Shown here piece after piece: positions 37,936 to 51,986 of a stretch of 64,000 bases of DNA. Below the pieces are notes generated by a model. It searched no databases and was not told the DNA's origin. It saw only the letters and a list, made by a program, of their open reading frames with translations. The first letter of the stretch is position 1. Each line of letters begins with the position of its first letter. A program made the translations under genes and the position numbers. Source of the DNA: Octopus vulgaris (lineage: Eukaryota); assembly GCA_951406725.2 (NCBI GenBank), contig OX597820.1, positions 120,838,001 through 120,902,000 on the forward strand. Direction: 5' to 3'.

Positions 37936-38739
37936 AAAAATTACGAGTATTGGTTTCCCACAAAACTGGGAAACCTATAGAAAGTTTTTCTTCCAAAGTA
38001 GTTCAAAAAAGCAGTTCAAAAATTCCAATTCCCACCCCCATTCGGGGGAGGGGCACGAAAATAGTCTGGCAGGACTATATATAGTCACGTAAATAAAAAG
38101 CCACAATGGCTAACAGTTCAACGGTAAGAAATTATCCAATTATTCCCCGGTAAAACCGGAGAACAAGACAGTTCAGCAACGTTTAAAGACAAATTTTCAG
38201 TAGTAGAAATTCAACAATTAACAACACAGCAAAACTCTTACCGGGAAGCAAACGCGTCCAAACCGTAGTACGGTAGGCAAAGTCACTCTTCAGTCAGTGA
38301 GGTTAGCAAGCTACTTACCACACGGCCACTCCTATATATTCGTAGTTTTGCAGCATTTGTGTAACCATGATGTTATGATGATCTCATGAAGTAGCAATCT
38401 TCATCTACACTGTTTTGTAAATATACAACTGTATTGCATTGCGCGCAGGATACATATTTGTGCGCATATTGTGAACATGGTTCATGATAGACTGAAATTA
38501 CTATTACATGATGAAGGCTGTGAAACTACCGTGGCAAAGAAATACATTAAATACATGAAAAATACATAAATATATTACAAATGGTTAAATAAATACATTG
38601 CCACCTCATACCATCTGACATTTTATGGGTTATATACTTCTCATGTAGTAATTTCATGGAACGAAATCCCTGGATTTCAGTTGCTTATATCGTAGTATTA
38701 CACTCCTTTGTATTAGATTATTGTGTGGTCTTGCAGCCG

Positions 38740-39270
38740 AATCCGCTAGAGGAGCTTGCTGTAAATTTCACATGATTTTATGAACCCAACACTCGCTAAA
38801 TGGAGCGCTAGACATGCCATGGTTGATGATGCACAGACATGCGCTGAGACTGCGGTATCTAGGCGCTTCATAGACAACGGTGAACAGGTGTGGTTGCCGT
38901 TTATGCGGCGCGTTTTCCTGCAGCTCGTCTCCTTGGTCGAACTGCAGTCGTGGATCAAATAGAGACCGAGGCTAGGCGAGTGGCACCGCGAGTGTCGCGT
39001 TGCCCTCAAGCAACTCTGCCGTCTGGGACCAAACTTGTGCGACTTCATTGCAACAAAAGCGTTCTACAGAGGATTAGTGGAGGGGAGGTGCGACGACGTT
39101 CTCGATCAGAATCTGGGCGTCGACGAGGAACACCTGACCCGCCTGTTCAGGACAACTTTCGAGCCGGGACCTATGGACAATCATCAGAGATCCTTGGCCT
39201 GGCAGTGCTATCGAGAAGCATTACCTGTTCGGGATAAGCCCTACAGGCACGGTTCGAGACACACCGGATC
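38740..39270 (+). mobile_element. Fragment of a second Tx1-like family (ORF2 C-terminal part)
   Basis: GEQVWLPF...SWIK*RPRLGEWHREC...FYRGLVE...QRSLAWQCYREALPVRDK aligns by eye with ORF2 of the full-length element. Confidence 0.85.
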
Positions 39271-41171
39271 GACAGGGTTACTATTAATGTGGATGTTGCC
39301 AGGTGCTGTCAGTATCATTCTTGTGTTGATATCCAGGCCGCGTGTCTTGTCGAGTGACCAGTCCAATATCCCAAATGTTGTTACTAGCACTGATATTGCA
39401 AAGGCATTGTGGGATGTGATCTTGTAAATTACTAACAGTTGTGAGTTCCACACATTGCCGAGCCTACAATAGTTGTTTGCTTTTCTCTTTTTTTTCTGAT
39501 TTTGGTAACAACACCAGTGTTGCAACATCTGCATCGATCCTGAAATAATTATAGTTTTATTCATTAGCGCTAAGTGAGCTGGAAAAACCGTTGACGTACA
39601 TCTTTTCTGTATAATCGACAATCTTCCCTCCGTTGACTGGCTTGTATGAGCATTTATCTTGCCAAATCTCTATTCTTGTATCTCGTGGGAATGTTGGGAT
39701 TAGTTCTCTCGATATTGGTCATAGAATATACTTTAAGCCACGAAGAAAAATATATGGCTGATATTAGTTTCGTTCTTTTCTTCATATTCCAGCATGTATT
39801 TTGGCATTTTGTTAACGGGGCCAACAAGGAGACCACTACCAGTACAAACAACATTACAGCTAACTAATACGACTGTTAATAGCTTCATTTTGTTGTGTAA
39901 CAATAGTTATTGTTTTAGAAGCTGTCAGTCATAAGTCCGGAACATGTTGTTGTCAGTCTTTCAGTGGAATTCCCTATAGCAGCTGGTACTTTGGCAACGT
40001 GTAGTGATTCTGTTAGTGAAGCTCAGAGTCGAATACCTCTATATTGTTTTCCAGGTAAGTATGTTCTTTTCTGTTTTTGATTATTTAAAACGGAGCTGGT
40101 TTCTGATAAAGATACAAAGCTCCATCGTCGAAATGCAGACAACGAACACAATGTCACATTTTAAACTTTAGAAAAGTCTTGCATATTTTTACTGTTGTGC
40201 GTCTTGGTTGGCTGCTTTCTTTTTCTGAAACTCTAACTTATTTTGATAGGTCACTTACGCATTTCCCCACGAACCCAAGTGCTATAGTTCATCTTGGTAT
40301 TAAATATGAATGAATAATCTGAATATAGAAACGAAAGGTTTAGAAGCATTTGTCCAAAGTCATCTTCTCTCTCTTTAATTTTTAAAGAGACATTCACATC
40401 AGTAGGACAGTTGACCAATATGATGGTACACATTTTTTCGTGTCCGTCCCAAATAACAATATCCGGCTTGTTTTGCTTGCACTTGACAAACGTTTTAATG
40501 GGAATGTACCTCCTGCATTCCTTGTGCTGGTATTTGGGAACATATTCAAAAACAGGAGGATTCTTTATATTTATTCCAGGTCAGAATATTTTCATGTATG
40601 TATGTATGTATGGATGGATGTCGTTGTTCAGTTTTATTTCAAGATTTCTGGCAAATAGAGAAAGAGTCGATCCCTAAACTAAATCCAAGTATTCTTCTTT
40701 GGAATTTCAACATCAACAACAGGGTACTTTTGTTTGTTTGTATGTATGTATGTATGTATGTATGTATGTATGTATGTATGTATGTATGTATGTGCAGATT
40801 TGTATGTTCTGTTTTGTGTATGTATTCGCATGTATATACTTGCATATCTAAACATTCTCACATATATTTAAATGATAAACTTCTGGCAAGTTTTTCAGAT
40901 TTTTTAAGTCCAAGTGATGGGTTGGATATGTAGTCTTCGAACTAGCTTTCTCCTTTCTGGTTTAAGAAGCCTAATTTCTCAAGATTGGTATTTAGGCAGT
41001 GTGTTATATACCACAGAGGTATGTATGTATGTATGTTGTATGTATGTATGTATGTATGTATGTATGTATGTATGTATGTATATTCAAAAAAGGGTAATAA
41101 CATAGATTACTACCAGTGGCCCAGCACAAAAGACGAATTAGTCATTAGACAAAATATTATTCATATAGAAA

Positions 41172-41367
41172 AATATTATTCATATAGAAATATAATTAAG
41201 GGCTCCTAAATAAGGATGCCAAGTACTAGGGACACAAAAAAGGAATAAATTCATCGAGAGTGAAAATCAAAAACATTAACAGGATGTATCGTTAATGGTA
41301 AATGTATTTGATTTTCACTCTCGATGAATTTATCCCTTATTTAGGAGCCCTTAATTATATTTCTATG
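41172..41367. repeat. Imperfect inverted repeat (PLE-type or MITE remnant)
   Basis: atagaaatataattaagggctcctaaataagg and ataaattcatcgagagtgaaaatcaaa are each mirrored. Confidence 0.75.
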
Positions 41368-41999
41368 TATGTATGCATGCATGTGTGTATGTATATATGT
41401 ATATATTTATATTTCTTTATGTATACATATTTTATGCATTTTGCTGACGATATATATAGAAATAGTTCAGAAAGTAGCTTCGATGAATCCTTGAGAAATG
41501 CTCTTTGCAGTCTTTGCTGGTGTTGGATATATCACAGCGGCATCTTCATTGAAATTTTATGTTGTCTTGGTCGTCTAATGATTCAGAATGAAATGGTTTT
41601 AAACAGAAAATGTTTCGAGAAAATTCGGACTGGATTTACCTGTAATTACCTGGTCCACGCATCAGCTACTGCGTCCCGCTGAGTCAGTCACAGAATTGCG
41701 CAAGAGATACCTGCCGATGTGGATTTCTTAGTCATGTACAATGTAATTCGGAGTTTAATTACTGTGGTTAATGGAATATCATTGTGTTGCCGACGGAGAT
41801 CGATATATTTAATTACAGGCACACACAAACCTGAGCTTCATAGACGCACACACGTACACACGTACACACACACGTGTGTGTATGTGAGTATGTGTGTGTA
41901 TAAATGTATATATGTGCATGCATATGTATATATAGAAAAATGGATTATACCTCCTTGTGTATGTATATATATATATTTGTGAGAGTCTGTATATATGTA

Positions 42000-42060
<61 letters not shown>

Positions 42061-42067
42061 GTACATA

Positions 42068-42115
<48 letters not shown>

Positions 42116-42175
42116 CATACATATATATATACATATATACATATATATATGTATATATGTATATATATATATGTA

Positions 42176-42242
<67 letters not shown>

Positions 42243-42642
42243 GTTTATGCATGTACAGAAAGATGCGTGCGTGTGTGTAAGCATTGAAATTACTTTTCTA
42301 TGTAATTAATGCATAGTTGTCATGATAGAATTAGCAAGTTTAATTAGAAATACTAGAAAAGCTCATGCAGCAGTGAAGTTTTCAAACAGCAATAAAACAT
42401 CCAATGATTCAGTTATGTTAATTATCATATAACCTAAATTTTAAAGGTTATGTTCAAGGAACAGTTTTAATTACTAGCAGCGTACTTAACTGGCAACCTG
42501 TTTCGCATCTTTTATGTGCTCAAATACTCTTGGGAATTCCTTCAATACCGCTTGAATTTAAATTACCCCTACCCTGTCACTTTATACGATATATATATAT
42601 ATAAATAGATATACAGAGCAATGAAGAGAGATGGAAGCGTAC

Positions 42643-42679
<37 letters not shown>

Positions 42680-42730
42680 TGCACAACGGAGCACATAGGT
42701 GCAAAACTCAGAATAATATACCATTCTATT

Positions 42731-43400
42731 CATTATTTACATTTTGACGGATATTGCTTTTCATCTTGTTAACTCAACGTTTGGGCCGATATACCCTCCA
42801 GCCTTCATCAGGTGTCTTGGGGAAATTTAAAATCTAGGTGCTTATTCCTAATGTATCTTTCCATGTCGCTGTTGTTGTTATTATTATTATTAAGGTCACT
42901 GCCTATAATCTAACTCGGACTCTTGGGGTTGGTAGCCCGCGCTCTTAACCACTACGCCATATATCCGCGTGCAATTACGAAGTGAATTTTAGGGCTTATA
43001 AATCTAATATTTTCCTATCCTTCCTTATTACCGGTTCCCATATGTTATTCGTCGCTACACTCGGTCTGCTTAGGAGGTTGTTGTTTCCTAGAATATATGC
43101 TACTTCTATTGACGAAAATATCTTCACAAACTGTTATTCAGAGTTCCACGCGACCGTTATCAAACAGCTCATTATTATATTTTACTTACGATTCTGTAAT
43201 AATGTTGGACTATTAACGGTTTCTGGTGGTCGTCATCTATTTGCGACAAATGAGAATATTTAGTTTGGTACACAAGGCTTTTTCTCAACTTGTGATTGGG
43301 AAATTAGATGTGCAAACGGTTTCGGTCTAAATGGATAAATGTGTAATGCAGTCTACACCATACACTTGCAAGAAATGTTGCAACTGTCATTTTACTCCAT
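42731..43400 (-). mobile_element. PLE 3' end: GIY-YIG-like C-terminus, tRNA-like head, (AAT)n, degenerate hammerhead
   Basis: Translation ...IEVAYILGNNNLLSRPSVATNNIWEPVIRKDRKILDL* ends at 42996; tRNA-like at 42894-42960; hammerhead at 42771-42816; upstream limit approximate. Confidence 0.65.
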
Positions 43401-43522
43401 CTAGTGTTATTTCCAGTAAGTGGAAAATCTCTCATTATCTTCGCCTCATGACTTATCGCTTGGGAGACCTGTCTGTTTGTAGCAGAACACATTTTATATT
43501 TGCCTTCGTATAATGACTATCA

Positions 43523-43827
43523 TGGAGGCGCAATGGCCTAGTGGTTAGGGCAGCGGACTCGCGGTCGCAGGATCGCGGTTTCGATTCCCAGACCGGGCGT
43601 TGTGAGTGTTTATTGAGCAAAAACACCTAAAAGCTCCACGATGCTTCGGCAGGGATGGTGGTGATCCCTGCTGTACTCTTTCACCACTCTTTCTCTTGCT
43701 CTTTCTTCTGTTGGTCTGCTCGCTTAGCCAGCGGGGTGGCGTCATTCGAAGACTAAAATAATGCGAATGCATTGTGACCAGCGATGTGTAACAACATCTG
43801 ATGGTCTATCGGTCACGTGATCACGTG
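43523..43827 (+). mobile_element. SINE-B, tail type 1
   Basis: TSD ataatgactat at 43510-43520 and 43828-43838. Confidence 0.9.
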
Positions 43828-44109
43828 ATAATGACTATGATACTTCAATTTTGATTTTTATTCAATGACATTAATTATTGCATCTAAATATAGGAGCTTG
43901 CATAATGAGATTAGAACATATGAAGTTTTCCACGGAATGGTGTGTAACAACAACACTTCACGCTGAAGTCCTTAGACATACATCCAGTGAATCTGATTTC
44001 AATAGCATCCCCTTTTAATACAACTTTCGTATATGCCATAAGTGGGTTCACCTGAAGTGATATGGTCTGTAAGAACTGGAAAGTCCCAAAGTATTGCTAT
44101 ATTTTCTCC

Positions 44110-44322
44110 GCGAGCTGGCAGACACGTTAGCGCACCGGGCGAAATGCTTAGCGGTATTTCGTCTGTCGTTACGTTTTGAGTTCAAATTCCTCTGAGTTCG
44201 ACTTTCGGGGTCGATAAATAAAGTACCAGTTTCGCACTGGGGTCGATGTAATCGACTTAATCCCTCTGTCTGTCCTTGTTTGTCCCATCTATATTTAGCC
44301 CCTTGTGGGCAATAAAGAAATA
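44110..44322 (+). mobile_element. SINE-A with an internal deletion
   Basis: TSD tatattttctcc at 44098-44109 and 44323-44334. Confidence 0.88.
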
Positions 44323-44349
44323 TATATTTTCTCCCTCAGTTACAGAATG

Positions 44350-45050
44350 ATGCTTATACCACAGCTTAACATTTTTTTATTTTATAATGCCGACATAGTA
44401 ACCAGTTTAGATATTGGTCAACTCTGTCAGGTCATGATTTATACTGTATAGGTGCTAAAACTTTACATCCAGAGAATGGCTGGTCTGTTATTTCATATTA
44501 ACCTTGCACACTTGTCATGTCGGGTCTACTCTATTTATTTTTATCAAATTTGTTTTATTGTTCTGAATTAATAAGTCATGAATTTTAGCAGCTACGATGA
44601 ATCCTTCGCTCCCTGCCATTATCTGTGAACTTCGTAGCCATTGATGGGTGTGCTTCTTGTTCACATCACCTTCCTTGCTACGGGTCGCATATTTGCCATG
44701 CAGAAGTTTTTCACTCACATCTACCAGCCAATAATTTATGCCATTTTTTCTTTGCTATTAATTTTCGTTCATGAAATTTGCAGACAATGTTTTCGTCTCC
44801 TCCAACATAGAACGAAGACTCTCACGCCGCATCAGTTTTATATCAGCTTCTACAGCCCCACCGATTATATTTCTATATTCCTGGAAGATCGTTGTATCAT
44901 GTCATATAAATTGGAGCATGCTTATATTATATGAAATTTGTCTCGGCTTCTACCTTTCTTTACGTTTAATAGTTTTCTGCTTCGTCAGTTTACGAAGTGG
45001 AACATCTGAATCTCAGCCGAGTTTTTTTGTTGAGAAGCACTTAATCAGCC
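44350..45050 (-). mobile_element. Degenerate R4/Dong-like (restriction-like endonuclease) LINE fragment
   Basis: KLLHGKY...THQWLRSS...SEGFIVAA...DPT matches the LHG..WL..EGFIxAAQDQ..DPxCRxC pattern. Confidence 0.65.
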
Positions 45051-45091
45051 TATATATGTGCTATTTTTCTCTCTTGTTACGTAAATGCATA

Positions 45092-45487
45092 TCTTTATAT
45101 ATAAAAGAGAGGTTGTGTGCTGTCTGTCTCCTACGATTTAGATTCCTAACTACTCCCACATTTTGCGGTGCAGTGTAACAAAAACCGGGTATCTTATAGT
45201 CGTGATTCATATCGAGCCCTTCTGGGTATTAGCGCGCGTCTACGATGAGTCTACGATTAAAAAAAAAATTACCATCAATTTTCCCCATTTTTAATGCATT
45301 TTTGGTATATATAAGGGAAGTAACTCTCTAAAAATTTATTGTTAAATCTCAGAACGTAAAAAGCTACAGTAACACCCCCCCCTTTGTGGTTAGCCATATC
45401 GAGATGGCTATTAAACTTTACATCTCAAAAAATGCTTATATAGTTATTTCCCTTACAAACCCGAGCAACGCCGGGCGATACTGCTAG
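45092..45487 (+). mobile_element. Non-autonomous Helitron, second copy
   Basis: Near-identical to 18903-19297; TC...CTAG at an A|T site. Confidence 0.88.
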
Positions 45488-47460
45488 TATATATATATAT
45501 ATATTTGTACCATACTGGGCATCAGTTTGGCGTGATTTTGTAGAGGGATTCCTATATATCTTGTAATTTATTTGGTGGTTATTATATCGGATACCGGTTT
45601 TAGGAAGAAAGTGTTTTATTTGAGTTGTGCTGATAGATAAGTTGCAAGAGTTTTGTGTTGAATGTGGTCAGCGCTAAGCATTGTTTTTGTGTGGAGATTG
45701 TGTAATGTTATATATTTTGTATGCTTGAGTTTATATTTATGAATAAAACATCTTGATTCCAATATTCATAATTTTCTTGTTTCAATTTACAGACATTAAT
45801 ATATGGAAGATTTCCTAACTTCATTTCAGTTACTAGTTTGCGATGTAGAGATTGAAATATCTAAGACTAAACAGGAATTTACGTTGACATTCTAGAAAAT
45901 GTCATCTGTAGATTTCGCTTTGTCTCAATTGCCAGCGTAAAGAATCATATCCCAAGTCTATTGTGGCCAAACCATTGTTGCATATCATAATTCGAATAAG
46001 CTTCAATCAGTTATTGCTGGTTTTCATATCAAAATGCCGGTATATCACCAAGTGGCACGGAAGCTATGGAACTTTGGATCGGATTCAGTAGGAAGTGAGC
46101 ATCTGTAAGTGATGTGGGTTGTCGACTCATTGTACATCCTTGCATAACCTGCACTCGATGCTGGCATACTTTCAATATCTTCTTTTTGTATTTATGCTTA
46201 ACTGGGTATTAATGATGTGTGGCTAGTTTTAGATCTGGTTCTGCTTTAAACAAGAGTTATGAGTCACTGTTAGTTCTTAATCTGATATAATTCTTCTCTG
46301 TCGTCACTTGTCAATTATTGAAAATGGAGGGGATTTTCTACGAAGCTTCTAAAGAACCATAATGCGTATTTCTACACGCTCATTAGGTTCTGTTTCTTTT
46401 TTAGATACTGATAAATTTTCCTGTTGGAAGGTATAAACTGCCATCAAATATTAGAGTTTATTTAAAGCAGATTTAAAGTCTTACGCTTATATTAGAAAGA
46501 AAAAGAATGATAACGGAACAAAAATAGTATTTTGTAAAATAGGTATAAAGTCAGAAATTTTGGGGAAGGTGTAGGCGATCACATCGACCCCAGTTTGAAG
46601 CGGTACTCATTTTATCGACTCAGAACGGATGAAAGGCGCAGTCGATCACGTCAGAATTTGAATTCAGAACGTAAAGACAGGCACAATTAATAACAGTGTT
46701 TTCTACGGTAACCGCTGAGGGTTCACAAGGTCATTGGAGATGATTTGGGAGAATACAATGAGAAACGGCATAAAAGAATGTAAAAAGCAGTATAAGAGTA
46801 ACAGTAGTTTTCAAACAATGAGTATTTTCCCCCAAAGGAGAACTGTGAGCGCTGCTTGTGGAAGCTGCATAAACCAATAACCAACATCACATCTAAAACA
46901 AGACCCTTGTCGCTGTTATTCCTTAGTCGACGGACGAATGATCACAGGACATCCAAGGCAAATGTTAACTTCCAGTCTTTGTTTTGAAAGATGCAGGAAA
47001 GTAGAAAGAATAATCTTTGCGACCGGACCTGCCCTGCGAATGCGCCGCTAGATTGACGGAAGAGGTTGGTGGGAAAACATTTGCCTGAATGGCCAGGCTC
47101 ACCATGGTAATTTCTTGAAGATCTCCCACTTTTTGACAAAATTTCTTATCTCTATTTCACTGCCCTCACGCCTTCCTGTAGCGTCCTTCAGTTCATTGTA
47201 AACATTAAGTGGTTAACAAAGAAATCATTACTATGATTTTTGTTGTTCTTGTTGTTTTAGTTGTTGTTATCATTATCATAATTTTTATTAGTCAAATATC
47301 ACTGAGGTCAACTTTCATCTTTTTGGGGGTCCATGTCATAACTACTAGTGGAACACTGGTATCCATGTAATCGCTCTTCCTCTTCCCCAAAACATTTAGG
47401 AATTCTGCTTCTAGTGGAACGGATCATTATTATCATTATTATTATTATTATTATTATTAT

Positions 47461-47520
<60 letters not shown>

Positions 47521-47579
47521 TAGCAGTTGTTTTTGTATTATTATTATTGTTATAGTTATTATTATTATTATTTTTATTA

Positions 47580-47673
<94 letters not shown>

Positions 47674-48332
47674 TGTGGTAGTAGTATTTGTATTATTATT
47701 GAATGATACGATAAAAATACAATACTTTATTTATTTATATATTTATTATTATGTATTAATTATTTTTATTATTATTCTTGTTGTGGTTACTATTATTATT
47801 ATTGCTGCTGCTGCTGCTGCTACTACTACTACCACTACAACTACTACTATCATCATCATTTTGTTGCTATATTAATGTTGTTATTACTGCAATTTTACTC
47901 TTTCGCTGTTTTTCTAATTTTCTTTCAACTTCTTTACCTGACATCTGTGTATATTTGTTTCTGTGCGACTATTATGAATCGTTGAGCTGTGTGTCAGACA
48001 ATATATAAAATTACTAAAACTGTATACTTCGTTTTCCATTAAACTGTCATTTATATCGAAGAAAACAACCGCTTCTCAGCACAGATGGTCTTATAGCTTG
48101 ACTGGTAAGCGAAGGTAATTTTGTCAAGTAGCCTTATACAATAGTATAGAGAGTAATGTAACATAAATATGTGTATAAACACGGTTGATATATGAGTCAT
48201 GTGCAAGCGAATTGGAATGTGTGACTGCTTACATACACCTAAACACTCACAAACACGTTCTCGTACATAACAAAACACATGCATGAAAATGTGGTTACAA
48301 TAGTTGAATAATTTGTCTATGTATATATCTAA

Positions 48333-48381
<49 letters not shown>

Positions 48382-48431
48382 TATATATATATATACATAT
48401 ACGCACACACACACACACATATATATATATC

Positions 48432-48472
<41 letters not shown>

Positions 48473-48920
48473 TATATACATGTATATATTCATTCATATA
48501 TATACATACGTATATATGTGTATTTATAAATACATATGTATCTATATGTAAGAATTTATGTAGATACACACATACGTACGTAACAATACATGAAATTGTG
48601 TGTGGTGGTGTGTGTGTGAGTGTGTGACTATGGCTAAAATTGTATAAAACTTTAGCAACAATTCAGCCATTTTGATAGGAGGATTAGTTTGCGTTATTAA
48701 AACAGGTGATATTGACACAAATTTGTATAAATTCCAATAAAAAGAAACTTTCGTTCTATATTCAGTTATAAGGTCTATTAGTTTGGAGGTCAATTCCTGG
48801 AATAGAAAGAAATGATGTGAAGAGCGTGCTAGTGAAGAAACCGTGGTTACTAGAAGTGTGAAATGTGCGGTAGTTTGTGTGTGTGAGAGCGTATGTACAT
48901 ATGTATACACACACACGCAT

Positions 48921-48988
<68 letters not shown>

Positions 48989-49769
48989 TGTCATAGAGGT
49001 AAGCATAATATTACGTCAGACAGACAGTGGAGAAGGTAAACTTGAAATATATATATTTTCGACATACAAGAACGGGTAGAGCAAACGAAAATGAGAAAAC
49101 GAAAGAAAGAAAACAGCTTGATTATTGAACAAAAACTAATTTATAGGTGAAAATGAAAAAGATATATGTGAAAGAAAAATCTGTGATAAATCAACTAAGA
49201 ATAGTAAATAAAACGTATAAACAGAAAATAACGAAGATGAAAAAGACAATAAGGTACATAATGAATGTTATGTGAAAATAATTAAATAAACACGAAACCT
49301 TATGTTTTAGAATATGTTCGTTACATTGTGATGCAATCTGAGTTCAGTTAGAAGTAGATTTCGAGTTGTGATATAAAAGTCACCCCTAACATAATCGAGG
49401 TAATCAATCGTACACATTGATCAGCGTTTGTTCAATGGAATTCAGTCATAGAGAAAAGAATATATATACATATATACATATGTTGTAAAAACTAATGTTT
49501 TTCCCGTTTCCGTTTCGCCTCTGTTTTTTTGTAAAAATATGGCTTGTCCGTTTTCGGTTTTCGTTGAGTTCTACGTCTAGTTGCAGTGTCCTGTACTCAC
49601 GTATATATATTTATATATGCTTGTATATATACATGTAAATGTAGGTACGTACATATATGTTTGTATGCATGCATATATTTTATTTATTACATTATTGTCT
49701 GACAGCGCGTTCGCGTCAGGGTCGATTCGATTCGTCGTTTCGTCCCACTCCCCTTCCTCCCAGTTTTGT

Positions 49770-49835
<66 letters not shown>

Positions 49836-50754
49836 TTTAAAGAAAGTGTTTTGTTCACATGAAGATCTCATGTCTTAAAAGAAATATCGTAATCTAAATC
49901 AACTTGCTACAGACGACGTCAACAACTATGAGACAATATGGGCGACAAATGACGTTGACGTAATAAATGCTATGTACGAGTGAGGAAGGGTGAGAGAGAT
50001 AGAGAGAGAGGCAGACAGACAGACAGAGGGTGCTGTTGACATCTGGCTTCCTATATGTCTTAACGAGCGTTGCACATGATTTTTTCTTCATAGGTGTAGC
50101 AGAAAATAGTGAAGTGGAATCAGCGATTATGTATTCCGGTGACAGTATGCAAAAAATATCACAAAGATGTCTCATAAAACCATAGACATGTAAAAACGCT
50201 GGGATGATAATTACGAACGCATTTACATATCAGCAGACTGACTTGAAAGAATTTACCGCTGCCTACAGACATAGAGATATGCTAGAAAAATGTTTCTGCA
50301 GCACAGAAAGCCACAGAGAAATGGTTAATTAGATTGGTTGCTGATCTAAAAAACTATTTTCCGGTCTAAAGTTTTCTACAGTGAAAACTTACATTACTTA
50401 TTAAATTTTGTATTCCTTATAAAACGTGTTCTTTGGGGTGAGCCTAGCCACAAACTATGACAAAATCAAATACCTATCGATAGGAACACCATCTTGTTCT
50501 AGAATCGATCTGACAAGAGCGACCTTCAGTTCCTTCTTAAATAATGATAAACGGCATCGCACGGTACAATGGTGGAAAAGAATTCTGCCTTAAATGTCAC
50601 ACAAGAAAACCACGTCCTCTTACTAAAAGAAAAACATTGACATGATTTTGACACAGAGATTGACGTCGTTGATAGCAAAGTGGAATGATCAAAATTTCAA
50701 TGATAACAAATGAAAAGCAATGGAAGTATGGAGTGGCACAATTCCTAGACATGT

Positions 50755-51043
50755 AACGACCTCGTACAATCTGACTTTCGACTCTTTCCGAACACCAATT
50801 TTTTTTTTTGAATGAAAAGCACTTTTCGGGTGATGATGAACTTCTTCCCGAGTTAAAACCTTGGCTCCAGACGCAACCTACGAACTTCTAAAGACGAAGT
50901 CTCCACAGCTGCATAAAGCGATGGGAGAAGTGTGTCACCATTGGTGGTGGCTATGTAGAGAAGGACAAATAATTATGCCAAGTATAATTTTCCCAGTTAT
51001 TCGGAAGTGGGTTAACGGTAATCATTAATAAACACTCCTCGTA
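50755..51043 (+). mobile_element. Mariner transposon 3' fragment
   Basis: SDFRLF...DDELL..LKPWLQTQP...KRWEKCVTIGGGYVEK; ends cctcg|ta, consistent with TIR plus TA. Confidence 0.8.
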
Positions 51044-51483
51044 TGATGTATAGAAATACCACACGAGCAATATATGTGGTAAAATTTTAAAATCTACCTT
51101 CAGACAAGCAGTGTACGAGGGATGTATGATTGTAGAATTGTAGAGTTTCATGTGGGATATGAGGTTAACAATGCGAAAAGAAATGACTAAGATGTTGCGT
51201 AAGTCAAAGATAGCGACAGAGGAGTGGGAAGTTGAATCAGGAAACCTACAGACATTGATTTAGATCTTGGATTCTAAAAAAGAGGCGGTTTCTCCACATT
51301 TTCAGTAACGATTCACAATTTTCAGGATAAATTCCATAACAGAACTTTTATAACGCAGTGAATGTAACCATTTATCAATCAAAAACTCAATAAATCAATA
51401 TATATATACATACACACACATACAAGTATATATACCGCTACATATATTCATATACGAATATGTATATATATATATATATATAT

Positions 51484-51746
51484 CGTTTTGGGATTTGGTT
51501 TGCAAGATTCTTTATATGAGTTCGTGTGTTGAAGCATATTCTGTTGTGTCTGGGGAGAGTCATTATATTTTAGTGCCTTATTATTTAACACACTCACCGG
51601 TAAAATTCCCGCCTCTTTTTTATTAATTTTTTTAATTTTTATTTTTTATTTTTAAAAAATAAGAAAAATAAGAAATAAGTGGAAATTTTACCGGTGAGTG
51701 TGTTAAATAATAAGGCACTAAAATAGAATGACTCTCCCCAGACACA
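51484..51746. mobile_element. PLE-type inverted pLTR pair
   Basis: About 51544-51609 is mirrored at about 51680-51746; left extension resembles 13360-13430; (TA)n flanks. Confidence 0.65.
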
Positions 51747-51750
51747 AAAG

Positions 51751-51787
<37 letters not shown>

Positions 51788-51911
51788 ATCCATATCCATT
51801 TATATTTATATAACTACTATATAAATGGTTATAGATTTATAGATATATACATATATATGTATATATATATATATATATATGTATGTATATATATGTGTGT
51901 ATATATATATG

Positions 51912-51986
<75 letters not shown>

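Larger units (their letters stand above)
32863..38300 (-). mobile_element. Full-length L1/Tx1-clade non-LTR retrotransposon
   Basis: 5' UTR, zinc-knuckle ORF1, APE-RT-zinc finger ORF2, short 3' UTR ending gaaataaa; 16-bp TSD ggttagcaagctactt at 32847-32862 and 38301-38316. Confidence 0.95.

Noticed and set aside
38280-38300. CTGAAGA at the Tx1 5' end as a possible hammerhead core
   Set aside because: No downstream stem II or GAAA; only a small tcact/agtga hairpin
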